The notes beneath the pieces are model-generated. The model made no database searches and was not told the DNA's origin. It worked only from the letters and a program-made list of their open reading frames with translations. DNA of 64,000 nucleotides from positions 96,001 through 160,000 of the IMG/VR virus record IMGVR_UViG_3300032220_000699, one strand, 5' to 3'. This DNA comes from a virus. Both the position numbers and the translations under genes were made by a program. Positions 7,813 through 17,174 of this stretch are shown here, piece by piece. Numbering within the stretch: position 1 is the stretch's first letter; each line of letters opens with the position of its first letter.

Positions 7813-8808
7813 TTATGCCGCTAACAATGTTCCGTTGGTAACACCAACTTCACCAATGTTTGCATTAATATAAGCACCGCGACCTTTCCTACGTTCAGGA
7901 AGAAGTTTAGGTTCAAGGTAATCGACTTCAGAAACAATCAATTCCTTTAATGCCTTATCCTGAGTAATACCGAAGAAGTTAGCTTCTCGCAACAGATCTT
8001 CTTCATTACCAGACTTGACATACATAGCGACCATGAAAAGTTGGTCCAGCATCGGGGTATCTACCGCATATACACAAAGATTTGCGATATGAATCCCTGT
8101 CTTAGTAAATAGTTCTAAACCGAAAGGTGTTCCATGTCCTGGTCTTTCAGTTCTTTCAATGATATTGTTATATCTTCTCTTGGTGAGTACAAACTTAAAC
8201 AAAGAGTCTGGATGACTAACTTCGATCTCATCACCTTTAAGAAAGATTTTAGTATCTTCTTCCATACCAAAGTTATCAAGAAGTTTCAAGGCTCGTTTGA
8301 TAGAGTTCTTAACAGGCTTCCTGACTTCTCGTGGTGTAGATTTTCCACAGACTACTCTTCCTGTTGTATAAACAGGAACACATGGATTACCATTGTAATA
8401 AACAAAGTTACCATTATCCGTTTGATAAACAGCTAATGTTGTCTGTGTTATACAAGTCCCAGTAGTGCTAGCTGTTCCTTCTTGGAAGTAAGGCCATGTT
8501 ACTGAACTTGTTGATGTCGCGGATGTATTAACCCAGATTCTATTCGTTTGAATTTGGTCTGGACCAATTGTTCTATCAGTAATATAGATACCTGTGGCAT
8601 TCGTATAAATACGTGTAGTTCCATTTGCCGGTAACTGTATAGATGTATTATTGGGTAAAGCTATTAAGCCTGTGTTTGGTGTTGCTGGTACCGGATCAGG
8701 CTCAATAACTGGAACAGGAAGATCAGGAATCTCATCAGGAAAGATATTAGCTAGTAACATCGATTGTGTTATTTCTGCTTCCCGTTCCGCAAGCCTAAGG
8801 AAAGACAT
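7813..8808 (-). CDS. hypothetical protein with Pro/Thr-rich N-terminal half and globular C-terminal domain
   Basis: 331 aa; coupled to the upstream gene (TAATG overlap). Confidence 0.7.
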   Translation of the reverse strand: MSFLRLAEREAEITQSMLLANIFPDEIPDLPVPVIEPDPVPATPNTGLIALPNNTSIQLPANGTTRIYTNATGIYITDRTIGPDQIQTNRIWVNTSATSTSSVTWPYFQEGTASTTGTCITQTTLAVYQTDNGNFVYYNGNPCVPVYTTGRVVCGKSTPREVRKPVKNSIKRALKLLDNFGMEEDTKIFLKGDEIEVSHPDSLFKFVLTKRRYNNIIERTERPGHGTPFGLELFTKTGIHIANLCVYAVDTPMLDQLFMVAMYVKSGNEEDLLREANFFGITQDKALKELIVSEVDYLEPKLLPERRKGRGAYINANIGEVGVTNGTLLAA

Positions 8809-9248
8809 TACCCGCCACGAATAGGTTTCATAGCAACAGAGTTAGACTCAACAACTTCTTCAGCTGTCTTTGCCTTCTTCATTGCTTGTAGATCCTTACC
8901 TTTCTTGATCTTACCTACACGCGCTTTATCATTCTTAACAAGTGTCGCAAGATCAGCATCATCAAAATCAGCCATCATTTTTTCGAACTGTTCGTCGGTA
9001 ATGATGATATCTTCAAGTTTACCACGGCGAAGATCTCGTTCGGTAACTTCACCTTTACGTTTAATCTGACCGAATAGATACTTCTTGGTTGTGAAGAAAA
9101 CATAACCTTCTTTCATCTTACGACGAATAACCTCAAGGATATGTTCTTTATTCTGTTCATCCCATTGTATAGTAAGATCTCCCAGCATTCCTAAGAATGT
9201 ACAGGAAAAAGTTTGTTCAGTTACAGTGTTTTCAAGAACAGCTTCCAT
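8808..9248 (-). CDS. hypothetical protein
   Basis: 146 aa; GGAG RBS. Confidence 0.7.
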   Translation of the reverse strand: MEAVLENTVTEQTFSCTFLGMLGDLTIQWDEQNKEHILEVIRRKMKEGYVFFTTKKYLFGQIKRKGEVTERDLRRGKLEDIIITDEQFEKMMADFDDADLATLVKNDKARVGKIKKGKDLQAMKKAKTAEEVVESNSVAMKPIRGG

Positions 9249-9263
9249 GAATTTCTCCAGTTT

Positions 9264-9680
9264 TCAGTTTTCAGTTTTAGAAATACCAAGTATTGGTCGC
9301 CAGCCATTAGTTGTAAAAATATAACAACACTCTAAACGATCTTTTGTTTTTTCATCAAGAGGATACCCAAGATAAGTCTTAGGTGTAAAATAAAATGCAT
9401 CACCTTCTTCAGCCACATCTGGAAAGTAATCAGAAGGAGGGTACCATGTCATCCCCGTAAAGAAAGCTGGTCCTGGTACTCTTGCTAAAGATTTTGTATT
9501 AGCGGCGCCGAAATGATCAACAGTTAAATGATCAAATTTACCAAGAGTAACCTTTTTACCATCAACATAGATACCAGGTTCTGGATTAATGATAGTTGGT
9601 TTTTGTTTAGCAGGAAGAGTCGGAGCAACAGCTAACCCAACAAACCCAGCTAAAGATTGAAGAAATCCACGACGTTTCAT
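9264..9680 (-). CDS. protein with a twin-arginine (Tat) signal peptide
   Basis: N-terminus MKRRGFLQSLAGFVGLAVAP. Confidence 0.65.
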   Translation of the reverse strand: MKRRGFLQSLAGFVGLAVAPTLPAKQKPTIINPEPGIYVDGKKVTLGKFDHLTVDHFGAANTKSLARVPGPAFFTGMTWYPPSDYFPDVAEEGDAFYFTPKTYLGYPLDEKTKDRLECCYIFTTNGWRPILGISKTEN

Positions 9681-9681
9681 A

Positions 9682-10179
9682 TCACACTCCTAGTTGTTTC
9701 TTTTTATCCAGCAATAAAGCATAAATTGCTAGAAGTTCATCAAGACATAATTCACTACCTAATTCAGCGTGAATCTTTCCATCTATAATTTTACACGTCT
9801 TAAAGTTACAATAACCATTAGCACGATATTTATAAACTTGTTCTGCTACATCATATTCCATGATAGGAAGTTTAAGATTATTCTCTTCATCAAATAACAA
9901 ATTAGCACATAAGAAACCATGCTGTGTGTCATCTATTTCTGTAAAGTTAATAATAAAAGGAATATCGATACTAATAACTTCTTGACTAACAACAGCAGCA
10001 TAAACGAATAAAGCATAAATTTCATCTTCAGAAACCATACCATGATCAAACCAATATCGACCACCTTTGCTTGGTGAAAAATAAGGAAGATTGGATGGCT
10101 TTAATTTATTACATGTCTTTTTGTTAATAACCGGATTAGGATTCTCTAATAGAATCTTAAATGCTTCATTGATGTTCAT
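9682..10179 (-). CDS. hypothetical protein with an internal repeat
   Basis: 165 aa; EDEIYALF and LDELLAIYALL suggest two related halves. Confidence 0.6.
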   Translation of the reverse strand: MNINEAFKILLENPNPVINKKTCNKLKPSNLPYFSPSKGGRYWFDHGMVSEDEIYALFVYAAVVSQEVISIDIPFIINFTEIDDTQHGFLCANLLFDEENNLKLPIMEYDVAEQVYKYRANGYCNFKTCKIIDGKIHAELGSELCLDELLAIYALLLDKKKQLGV

Positions 10180-10270
10180 AATAACCTCAACTATATATCA
10201 CAATTATTATATATGAAGTTAAAAAACATTCCATAACAAAGAAAAAAGAAGGACCCGAAGGTCCTTCTTC

Positions 10271-10465
10271 TTACATTCCGTTAGCGTCTTTAAACGCTTC
10301 CAGATAACCCTTACGCCACAACCAGTGACGGCAGTCACTTTCAGGATATGGGTTATTAGCACACATGTCCTTACCACCGGCGTGAGCACGATAACCATCA
10401 TCCTTGATTTCCTGTTGCTGCTCAGGAGTATAAAGGTTGTTAGCAGTCGTAGTGTGATCTTGCAT
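10271..10465 (-). CDS. Rmf/CrpP-like small protein
   Basis: GYRAHAGG...NPY...WLWRKGYLEA matches the GYxAxxxG...PY...WxxGWxEA pattern. Confidence 0.6.
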   Translation of the reverse strand: MQDHTTTANNLYTPEQQQEIKDDGYRAHAGGKDMCANNPYPESDCRHWLWRKGYLEAFKDANGM

Positions 10466-10474
10466 AATTCCTCA

Positions 10475-10978
10475 CTAAGTTTGATTAATCCTCGCTAAAT
10501 CATCAGCAAGGTAAGTTTTAATATACTCTTTGGTTTTCTCGATATAACGTTCAACATTATTATCACGTTCACCAAAGGTATGACCATATTTTAAAAGATC
10601 GTTAGGATCAGTTAATAGTTCAAGAAATACACCATCATCCAAGTTATATTCTTGATCCAGTTCAGAAATATCACGAATGCCTTTAGCGTCAAATATCAGA
10701 TTTGAAGTTGTATCAACAACACAGAAAGCATGGACAAGTCCATTTGCTATTTCTTTAACTTCCTGTAGTGGTGATGGAGTATAACTGACCTCAGGAATAC
10801 CAACCAGCTTTCCTTCTTCGCCGACAATCACGACACGTTTTTCAAGAAGTGCTCCAACTTGAATAGGTGCAGCTAATTCAGCCAGAGCAATCGTGAAGAT
10901 ATGACAACAACCATTTAGATAATCTTCCTTTTCTGACATAGGAAGAACATCAGGTAGATCAAATACTACTTCAGACAT
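10475..10978 (-). CDS. putative papain/transglutaminase-fold Cys enzyme
   Basis: YLNGCCHIFTIAL...LVHAFCVV...IFDAKG gives a Cys-His-Asp order. Confidence 0.5.
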   Translation of the reverse strand: MSEVVFDLPDVLPMSEKEDYLNGCCHIFTIALAELAAPIQVGALLEKRVVIVGEEGKLVGIPEVSYTPSPLQEVKEIANGLVHAFCVVDTTSNLIFDAKGIRDISELDQEYNLDDGVFLELLTDPNDLLKYGHTFGERDNNVERYIEKTKEYIKTYLADDLARINQT

Positions 10979-12249
10979 TACTCAACTCCTTGTGTTGCTT
11001 CATCACCTTTCTGCTCAGCTAAGCGATTAGTGATGGAATTATTAAAACGCAACATGATATCATCCTTCTTTGCGAGAAGTTGACCACCATAATAAAGAAC
11101 AAATAGTTTATAGTCTTCACCATAGTAACGAAGAGCAGTTTCTGTGTCACGAGAACTATCTGTTTTTGTATAACCATCAAATGTTACTTCAGAGTTTTCT
11201 TCTTTTCTATTAAGCAAGCTATAATTAAGAGACTGAGAAACACCATCCAACTTAATTTTAATTTTATCAACAGAACCGAAGTGATGATCTTCAATTTTTA
11301 TATTGATATACTTTCTATTACTAGACGATCCATCTTGGTCATCTGGCAATTTAAATACAAACTGGAAAGTAGTTGCGTGACTACCGACACTAAACTTAAA
11401 GTCAGAATCATATACCAAATCGAAGTTACCATATTCATAGTCTTTACGTTTGATATTTGACCAATCTTCATAACGAGTTTTCAGGAAAGCAGTGAGAAGT
11501 TCTTCCAAGAAAAGCATAAACTGATTATTGACTTCTTGAAATTTAAAGTAGTCAAAACCAAGTTGTTCTTTATAGGCATTATTAACTGCGTGGCTAATAT
11601 TCTCGTCAAGTTCAGGGCAGCTATTTATTGAGCTAAGCCTGACAAAACCTTGTAAGCTATTATCCAGCTGAATATCGAACATATTCATATTGTTATCATA
11701 TCTGAAAGTTACAGGAGCATTTGCTTCCCAGATATCAGATTCAGAACTAGCAATCTTAATATTGTTCTTTACATTATAACCAAACACATTTGATAACTTA
11801 TCCAGAGACATAATTGGATTGGGAATAGTGGTTCTTCCGTCTGTTGAGAACCCCTTAGAATAAGTTTCAGAATAATAATTATTATCCCAGTAAATAAAAT
11901 ATTTCTTAAATGTTCTATCCAAACGTTCACGTTGATTAGGGTCAGCGACAAGCTTCAGAAAATCAATATGACGTTTAAAGGTAGTGATAACTTCGGTGTC
12001 ACCTTGAAGGATATCAATACTATCATTAACAGTGTTGATTAAACTAGCAATGGAACCATGTTGAACAACCATAGGCATAATAGGATTTTGCGGAAAGTTA
12101 GCACGAAAAGAACTTTCTACATTTATACCAACTTGAATTAACATTTGTTCCATTGTGGTGAACTTTGTCATTAAGTCATTTTTGATCTTATCTTTTTCAG
12201 CTTTGATAGACTTAATAGTTTCACGAATAAATTCACGAGTCATTTCCAT
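10978..12249 (-). CDS. hypothetical protein
   Basis: 423-aa ORF; AGGAG RBS. Confidence 0.75.
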   Translation of the reverse strand: MEMTREFIRETIKSIKAEKDKIKNDLMTKFTTMEQMLIQVGINVESSFRANFPQNPIMPMVVQHGSIASLINTVNDSIDILQGDTEVITTFKRHIDFLKLVADPNQRERLDRTFKKYFIYWDNNYYSETYSKGFSTDGRTTIPNPIMSLDKLSNVFGYNVKNNIKIASSESDIWEANAPVTFRYDNNMNMFDIQLDNSLQGFVRLSSINSCPELDENISHAVNNAYKEQLGFDYFKFQEVNNQFMLFLEELLTAFLKTRYEDWSNIKRKDYEYGNFDLVYDSDFKFSVGSHATTFQFVFKLPDDQDGSSSNRKYINIKIEDHHFGSVDKIKIKLDGVSQSLNYSLLNRKEENSEVTFDGYTKTDSSRDTETALRYYGEDYKLFVLYYGGQLLAKKDDIMLRFNNSITNRLAEQKGDEATQGVE

Positions 12250-12359
12250 TTATATAGCTCCTTGAAAACATATGAGAGATTGTTTCAAATAGTATATGTG
12301 TTATTAAAAAAACACCCAACACAAAAAAAAAAGAAGAGACCCGGAGGTCTCTTCTTCTA

Positions 12360-12563
12360 TTACGCAAACAGAATGTGTGCTTCCTTGTGATCCCAGATCA
12401 ACGGAGGGTTACTGTAAATCATGATATCTTCATCATGTTCTACGGCAACAGATTGTTTAACACGCTCACGAGCTTGATCACGACTATTAGCCGTAACCAC
12501 AAACCGTTTGATCTTCTTTTCCTTGTCCTGGGTATGGATAAAGAAAACAGTACGATTACTCAC
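12360..12563 (-). CDS. hypothetical protein
   Basis: ORF followed by terminator 12325-12358. Confidence 0.55.
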   Translation of the reverse strand: MSNRTVFFIHTQDKEKKIKRFVVTANSRDQARERVKQSVAVEHDEDIMIYSNPPLIWDHKEAHILFA

Positions 12564-12835
12564 ACAGCCTCCTTTCGTTTTTCTTTTCGATCTTGTTCAA
12601 GCTGTTCTATTTTCCGACCAGCTGCAACACCGACATCATAAACAGACCGAAAAACACTGAGAAGACTATCGCCATTTAATAGAGTCTTTCCTTCAAATAG
12701 CTTTTTCATGTTTTCTTCAAATGGTCTGTAGAAGTTATCGGCATGAAGTTTTACAAACATTTCATCGACACCGACAAACCCTTTAAAGGGGTCAGCCGGT
12801 GTCTCAGATGTCGGTGCTATATTAGCAGTTGGCAT
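12560..12835 (-). CDS. hypothetical protein
   Basis: Start moved to ATG 12835. Confidence 0.6.
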   Translation of the reverse strand: MPTANIAPTSETPADPFKGFVGVDEMFVKLHADNFYRPFEENMKKLFEGKTLLNGDSLLSVFRSVYDVGVAAGRKIEQLEQDRKEKRKEAV

Positions 12836-13538
12836 CCTCAAGATCCTTATCGAATATATGTTCGAGGACATAAGTTTCAGCCTTCTCGATCATAGGTAGA
12901 TATTTTTGGTAGTTATCAATAACCCATTGGTCTGACATATGTTTTTCATTGTCACCAAACTCCTTAGTGTAAGTCAACAAGAAAAGCAGACTACCACGAT
13001 TGAAATTGATACCGTGTTTTTCCCAATCACGTTCATACCCACGACACTTATCACCGTGAGCAGAAACAATACCACCGCACCACATTTCAGATGGAGTCTT
13101 ACCGAAGACTTCTTTCCAGAAGGGTTCGAGAATACGATTGAGATAATCATAGTGACTGGAGAAGTAAACCTTCTTAGTATTGTAGACTAAGATTTCGCAA
13201 GGCTTAAAACCCTTACCGGACCAACGCATCGGTGTTTCAGACCACATGCGTTCCATAAAGATATCGATAGCAGAGTCTTGTTGATCGATAGGCCAGTATT
13301 CACCACCGCCACAGATACTGTATTTTTCACCAGGTTCGGTTGCCTCAGGATCAAACTCAGCAAACAGAATCTCGTAAAGATCAACAGGTTCCTTCATCAG
13401 GAACTGAACATCGTTACTACGGCGAATACAGAGGATGTTGTTATTAGGAAGTTTATAGTGAACTTCCAGTCCTTGGTTGAGCTTCTTGATAATGGTTTGT
13501 TTGTCAAGAGCTTCTTTATGAGTGGTGCAGAATTCCAT
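12822..13538 (-). CDS. hypothetical protein
   Basis: Start moved to ATG 13538 after a GAGG RBS. Confidence 0.7.
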   Translation of the reverse strand: MEFCTTHKEALDKQTIIKKLNQGLEVHYKLPNNNILCIRRSNDVQFLMKEPVDLYEILFAEFDPEATEPGEKYSICGGGEYWPIDQQDSAIDIFMERMWSETPMRWSGKGFKPCEILVYNTKKVYFSSHYDYLNRILEPFWKEVFGKTPSEMWCGGIVSAHGDKCRGYERDWEKHGINFNRGSLLFLLTYTKEFGDNEKHMSDQWVIDNYQKYLPMIEKAETYVLEHIFDKDLEDANC

Positions 13539-13548
13539 GTTAACCTCG

Positions 13549-14136
13549 TTAGTGAAGTACTTTGTGTTCTTGTTGTTCGGCTTGTTCATTATCCATATCA
13601 AACATCTGGAATTGAACATTACCACCCAAACTTTCCAGCAAGTGTGTCAAAGGGTTAGTTTGATTTTCGTACTTGTTGTACATAGTCTTCAGAACACTTG
13701 GAAGAGAATCCACGTCAAACTGTGTTTCGACAAATATTTCAGGTGTCAGCAAACCTGTAAGAATAGGTGTCTCTTCCATATGAACATCAGCTCGAAATAA
13801 ACGAAACGCTGCCGCGACCATCTCGTCGATTTCTTCAGACTTTTCATAGATCTGTGTCGGTGACAATGACCCACCTAATCCGACAGTGAAGAAACAGGTG
13901 TCAACAATATAACTAAACACCGGTTTATTATCACGATCTTCAGAGTTTATAAAGGTAGTAATGACATCTTTGAAGTCATTAGTCTGTTTAACTACCGAGT
14001 CAGATGCCAGATTAAACAAACGAGCAAACATCAAAGCAAAAGAAGCAACAAGAAAATCTACACGCTTGTTCAGTGCTTCTTCGGTAGACACACCAGCTTT
14101 ACACCACATGCATTTGCAACCTTCTTCTTTTTCCAT
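13549..14136 (-). CDS. hypothetical protein
   Basis: 195 aa; AAGGAG RBS. Confidence 0.7.
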   Translation of the reverse strand: MEKEEGCKCMWCKAGVSTEEALNKRVDFLVASFALMFARLFNLASDSVVKQTNDFKDVITTFINSEDRDNKPVFSYIVDTCFFTVGLGGSLSPTQIYEKSEEIDEMVAAAFRLFRADVHMEETPILTGLLTPEIFVETQFDVDSLPSVLKTMYNKYENQTNPLTHLLESLGGNVQFQMFDMDNEQAEQQEHKVLH

Positions 14137-14160
14137 TTTATTCTCCTTGCCATTTAAGGC

Positions 14161-14388
14161 TTAATTGAATACAAAAATTTCCTTGATCAAATTGACAGCA
14201 TGTTCACCGTCTTTCGCATACAGATTATGCAACGAAGTTTGATCATCGATCTTGTGCAGATTCATTTTGTTGTAAAAAGCCTGACCAAGACGCTGGGTAC
14301 CGTACTTACCCTTCTTGAAGTCAGCCATGAAATTATCGAACGTACGTTGTTCGATGCTGGGTTTAACCAACTTAACCGTTTCCGACAT
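14161..14388 (-). CDS. hypothetical protein
   Basis: 75 aa; QRLGQAFYN motif. Confidence 0.6.
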   Translation of the reverse strand: MSETVKLVKPSIEQRTFDNFMADFKKGKYGTQRLGQAFYNKMNLHKIDDQTSLHNLYAKDGEHAVNLIKEIFVFN

Positions 14389-14644
14389 CTTCTTTCCTTT
14401 CAGGTCTTTGAGCCTTAACTGCTAAAATGACACTGCAAACTTCAGGGCCAAGTGCTTCCCATAGCTTATACCAGTGACCTAGCGTGAGTCCTTCAACATC
14501 ACATTTGACCGCTGGCATTTTGTTAAACCCTAAACGACTTTTGATATCTGCTTCGCGACAGATATTCAGCACTGCTTGAATAACAGCGTCAGGATCTTTT
14601 ACCTGAACATCTTTCGGAAGTTTTAGATCAGTGTTGCGTTTCAT
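14372..14644 (-). CDS. hypothetical protein
   Basis: 90-aa ORF in the operon. Confidence 0.6.
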   Translation of the reverse strand: MKRNTDLKLPKDVQVKDPDAVIQAVLNICREADIKSRLGFNKMPAVKCDVEGLTLGHWYKLWEALGPEVCSVILAVKAQRPERKEDVGNG

Positions 14645-14784
14645 TTTGACCTCTCAGTTCTACACTGACGAAGAAGTTCTTTAAGAGCAACTTCATCTCC
14701 ATTTTTTGCTAAGCCAGAAAGCATAGGAATACTCATCTTAGAATATTCTTTATCTCTATGGTTAATTTTCTTTGGTTTCTTCAT
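14641..14784 (-). CDS. small ORF below the track cutoff (MKKPKKINHRDKEYSKMSIPMLSGLAKNGDEVALKELLRQCRTERSK)
   Basis: 47 codons filling the gap; ATGA overlap with the next gene. Confidence 0.5.
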   Translation of the reverse strand: MKKPKKINHRDKEYSKMSIPMLSGLAKNGDEVALKELLRQCRTERSK

Positions 14785-15115
14785 CGATCAATTCCACCTG
14801 ATCAAGTCCATATTCAAAGGTACTACCAACAGCATTCTGCATTCCAGAAGCTGTGATAGTCACATAGACCGGAAATCGACCACCTGGATAGAAACCACGA
14901 TCAGAAGTATTCGGTCCTTTGACCACACCAGTGTGACTGGTGTACTTAACCTTACACTTACGACCAATCCAACTAGTCACTAATTCAATAACTTCAGGTG
15001 CTGGTGCATCACGATCACCTTGAAGATCCTTGTAAAGCTTATACACATCGTCCTGAGAAGCTCCATTACTTGCAGCTTGCAAAAGAAGACCAGCAGTAAC
15101 ACCGTCGAATGACAT
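14762..15115 (-). CDS. hypothetical protein
   Basis: 117-aa ORF in the operon. Confidence 0.65.
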   Translation of the reverse strand: MSFDGVTAGLLLQAASNGASQDDVYKLYKDLQGDRDAPAPEVIELVTSWIGRKCKVKYTSHTGVVKGPNTSDRGFYPGGRFPVYVTITASGMQNAVGSTFEYGLDQVELIDEETKEN

Positions 15116-15415
15116 TTATTTATCCTTATATGGATTTTCGGCATTAGCACCGATATGGTAAATGGTTTCAGTGTTCGATATGTTGCTAACACCAACTTTG
15201 AACTTAATGGTTGCAATCGGATAATCAAAGTTAGAACTTGTGATTTCTATCACATCACCAGGTTGAGCAAAGAACATAACCCAACCAGGAGCTTTGGCAA
15301 CAGCATTTTCAAGTTTGCTGTAATACCGTGTCCAGAGAACAAGAGATATTTTCTTACCCTTGTGACGAAGAAGCTGAGCACGTATCTTACGTTTGTACTC
15401 TTTGAACTTAGCCAT
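15116..15415 (-). CDS. hypothetical protein
   Basis: 99 aa; AAGGAG RBS; motif at 15448 upstream. Confidence 0.65.
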   Translation of the reverse strand: MAKFKEYKRKIRAQLLRHKGKKISLVLWTRYYSKLENAVAKAPGWVMFFAQPGDVIEITSSNFDYPIATIKFKVGVSNISNTETIYHIGANAENPYKDK

Positions 15416-15512
15416 AATTAAAACTCCTTATCAGAATGATCATTTTTTATATATGTATTTAAAATCATTTCAAATAAAGAAAAAAGAACGGGTAGTTAGC
15501 CCGTTCTTCCTA

Positions 15513-16256
15513 TTACTTCTTCATGATAGCTGATAGCTCTTCATTAGCAATCTCACCAGCAGCCACAGAATCAATCGCTGGCTTGATCAAATGACCAACA
15601 AGCATCATGTGTTCAAGTTTCTCTTTAGAAGCTTCCTGTGACGCATACAGCCACGGGAATTCGTATTCCTTAGCACAGTCTTTACAAAGAACAATAATGC
15701 CAGTCATACGAACAAGTTGAACTTTATCTTGTTGATTTTTACGATTGATAACTTGTTTCAGTTTCCAGTCAGGATAGGTAGCATTAACCTCAATACGACG
15801 AAGAGGGACTTTGTCTTCACCTAGCTCTTTACGAACCATATCACGTACTTGTTGATTAGGACCAAATACACCGTCCTTTACGTCAAAGGCAGGAATAGGT
15901 TCAGAAGAACGAAGTTCTGCTTTGGACATATTAATTAAGTAACGTTCCATAATGATATGTTCATAAACACCATCCTTATGACAACACCAGCAATGTTTAT
16001 TGGGATCTTTAAATCCCATTGATGAAAACATCTCATCACGTGTCATCTCTGGTTGGTTCTTATTAAAGTTCCAACTAGGACGTTCAGCACGATGTTTGCT
16101 TTGTTCAAGATCAGCTTTCTTAGCTTGTTCATTAACACTATGAGCTTCTTGAACTTCAGGGTGGTGTCGACAAGCACGACCATCCTTGTAAGCGTAAGAC
16201 TGAGGTTTACTAACTTCAGCTTGACAGATCACACATTGAAAAGTTTTAGCAGCCAT
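15513..16256 (-). CDS. Cys-rich putative zinc-finger protein
   Basis: CVIC...CRHH, CWCC and CKDC clusters. Confidence 0.6.
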   Translation of the reverse strand: MAAKTFQCVICQAEVSKPQSYAYKDGRACRHHPEVQEAHSVNEQAKKADLEQSKHRAERPSWNFNKNQPEMTRDEMFSSMGFKDPNKHCWCCHKDGVYEHIIMERYLINMSKAELRSSEPIPAFDVKDGVFGPNQQVRDMVRKELGEDKVPLRRIEVNATYPDWKLKQVINRKNQQDKVQLVRMTGIIVLCKDCAKEYEFPWLYASQEASKEKLEHMMLVGHLIKPAIDSVAAGEIANEELSAIMKK

Positions 16257-16270
16257 TTTATCCTCTTGTA

Positions 16271-16462
16271 TTAAGAAGTAAGAACCTTGACCGCAACTTC
16301 CAGCCAGGCGTCTTTAGAACGACGTTCAAGATACTCAAACTTCTTACAATAAGTATCTTGGATAAGATTCATTCTTTTTTGATAAACATCAAAAAGTTCT
16401 TCAGCTTTTGCTTGAATTACTTCTTGCGGAATAGTGACAGTTACTGAACCATCAGCGTTCAT
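16271..16462 (-). CDS. hypothetical protein
   Basis: 63 aa; AGGAG RBS. Confidence 0.55.
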   Translation of the reverse strand: MNADGSVTVTIPQEVIQAKAEELFDVYQKRMNLIQDTYCKKFEYLERRSKDAWLEVAVKVLTS

Positions 16463-16525
16463 TTTTTATCTCCTAACAGTTAATGTCAATTAATAAATAT
16501 GTAATTAAAAAAACTTCTATCGTAG

Positions 16526-16570
16526 AAAAAAAAAATAACAATCCACGGCCAGTGATAGCCGTGGATTGTT
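16526..16570 (-). terminator. intrinsic terminator after the tRNA/ncRNA unit
   Basis: 13-bp stem 16537-16570 followed by a T10 run on the minus strand. Confidence 0.8.
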
Positions 16571-16604
16571 TAAAAAGTCGCCGTAGCGCGACTCAAGGGG
16601 TTCG

Positions 16605-16681
16605 TGGTGGGCCCAGTCTGACTTGAACAGACGACCAATGGATTATGAGTCCACTGCTCTAACCAACTGAGCTATAGGCCC
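16605..16681 (-). tRNA. tRNA with CAT anticodon (probably Ile2/lysidine type; elongator Met not excluded)
   Basis: GGGCCTA/TGGGCCC acceptor stem, GTGGA-CTCATAA-TCCAT anticodon arm, CCA. Confidence 0.9.
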
Positions 16682-16689
16682 TAAAACTT

Positions 16690-17015
16690 TACAACTAGTA
16701 GGCGAAAGGATACTTGGCAGTACACTTTCGGCTACTACTCTGAATTCTATCCAGAGCACTAGATTTAACACCGATAGTCAGATGGGCCTTATCCGACAAT
16801 GGCGCCGGTTGCTTCTCACTGCGGCTAAACGGTTTCCAAAGAAAGGATACCAACGCGGCTAGAGAAACAGCTTCAAGTCCAATTGAGTTTACCCAACACT
16901 CAAAAGTTCCTGCGTACAGTTTATGACTGGGTTGTCAAACTTGTATAGGACGCGCGCTTTACACTGTTAGTTAGCGGACGAACATTTGGCAAACAGCATG
17001 GAGCTATAAGCCAAA
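16690..17015 (-). ncRNA. candidate structured ncRNA between tRNA-Asn and tRNA-CAT
   Basis: About 325 nt without an ORF, own ACATATATA motif at 17019, several hairpins. Confidence 0.45.
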
Positions 17016-17055
17016 TAGTATATATGTAACCAGTTATTTTCCAGTTACATAAATG

Positions 17056-17131
17056 TGGCTCCCCGACCTGGGCTCGAACCAGGGACCTACGGATTAACAG
17101 TCCGGCGCTCTACCGACTGAGCTATCGAGGA
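17056..17131 (-). tRNA. tRNA-Asn(GTT)
   Basis: TCCTCGA/TCGGGGA acceptor stem, CTGTTAA loop, CCA. Confidence 0.95.
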
Positions 17132-17174
17132 ATTACGTTACTCTTTTCAAATAATACTGGAAACTAGTAACTTT

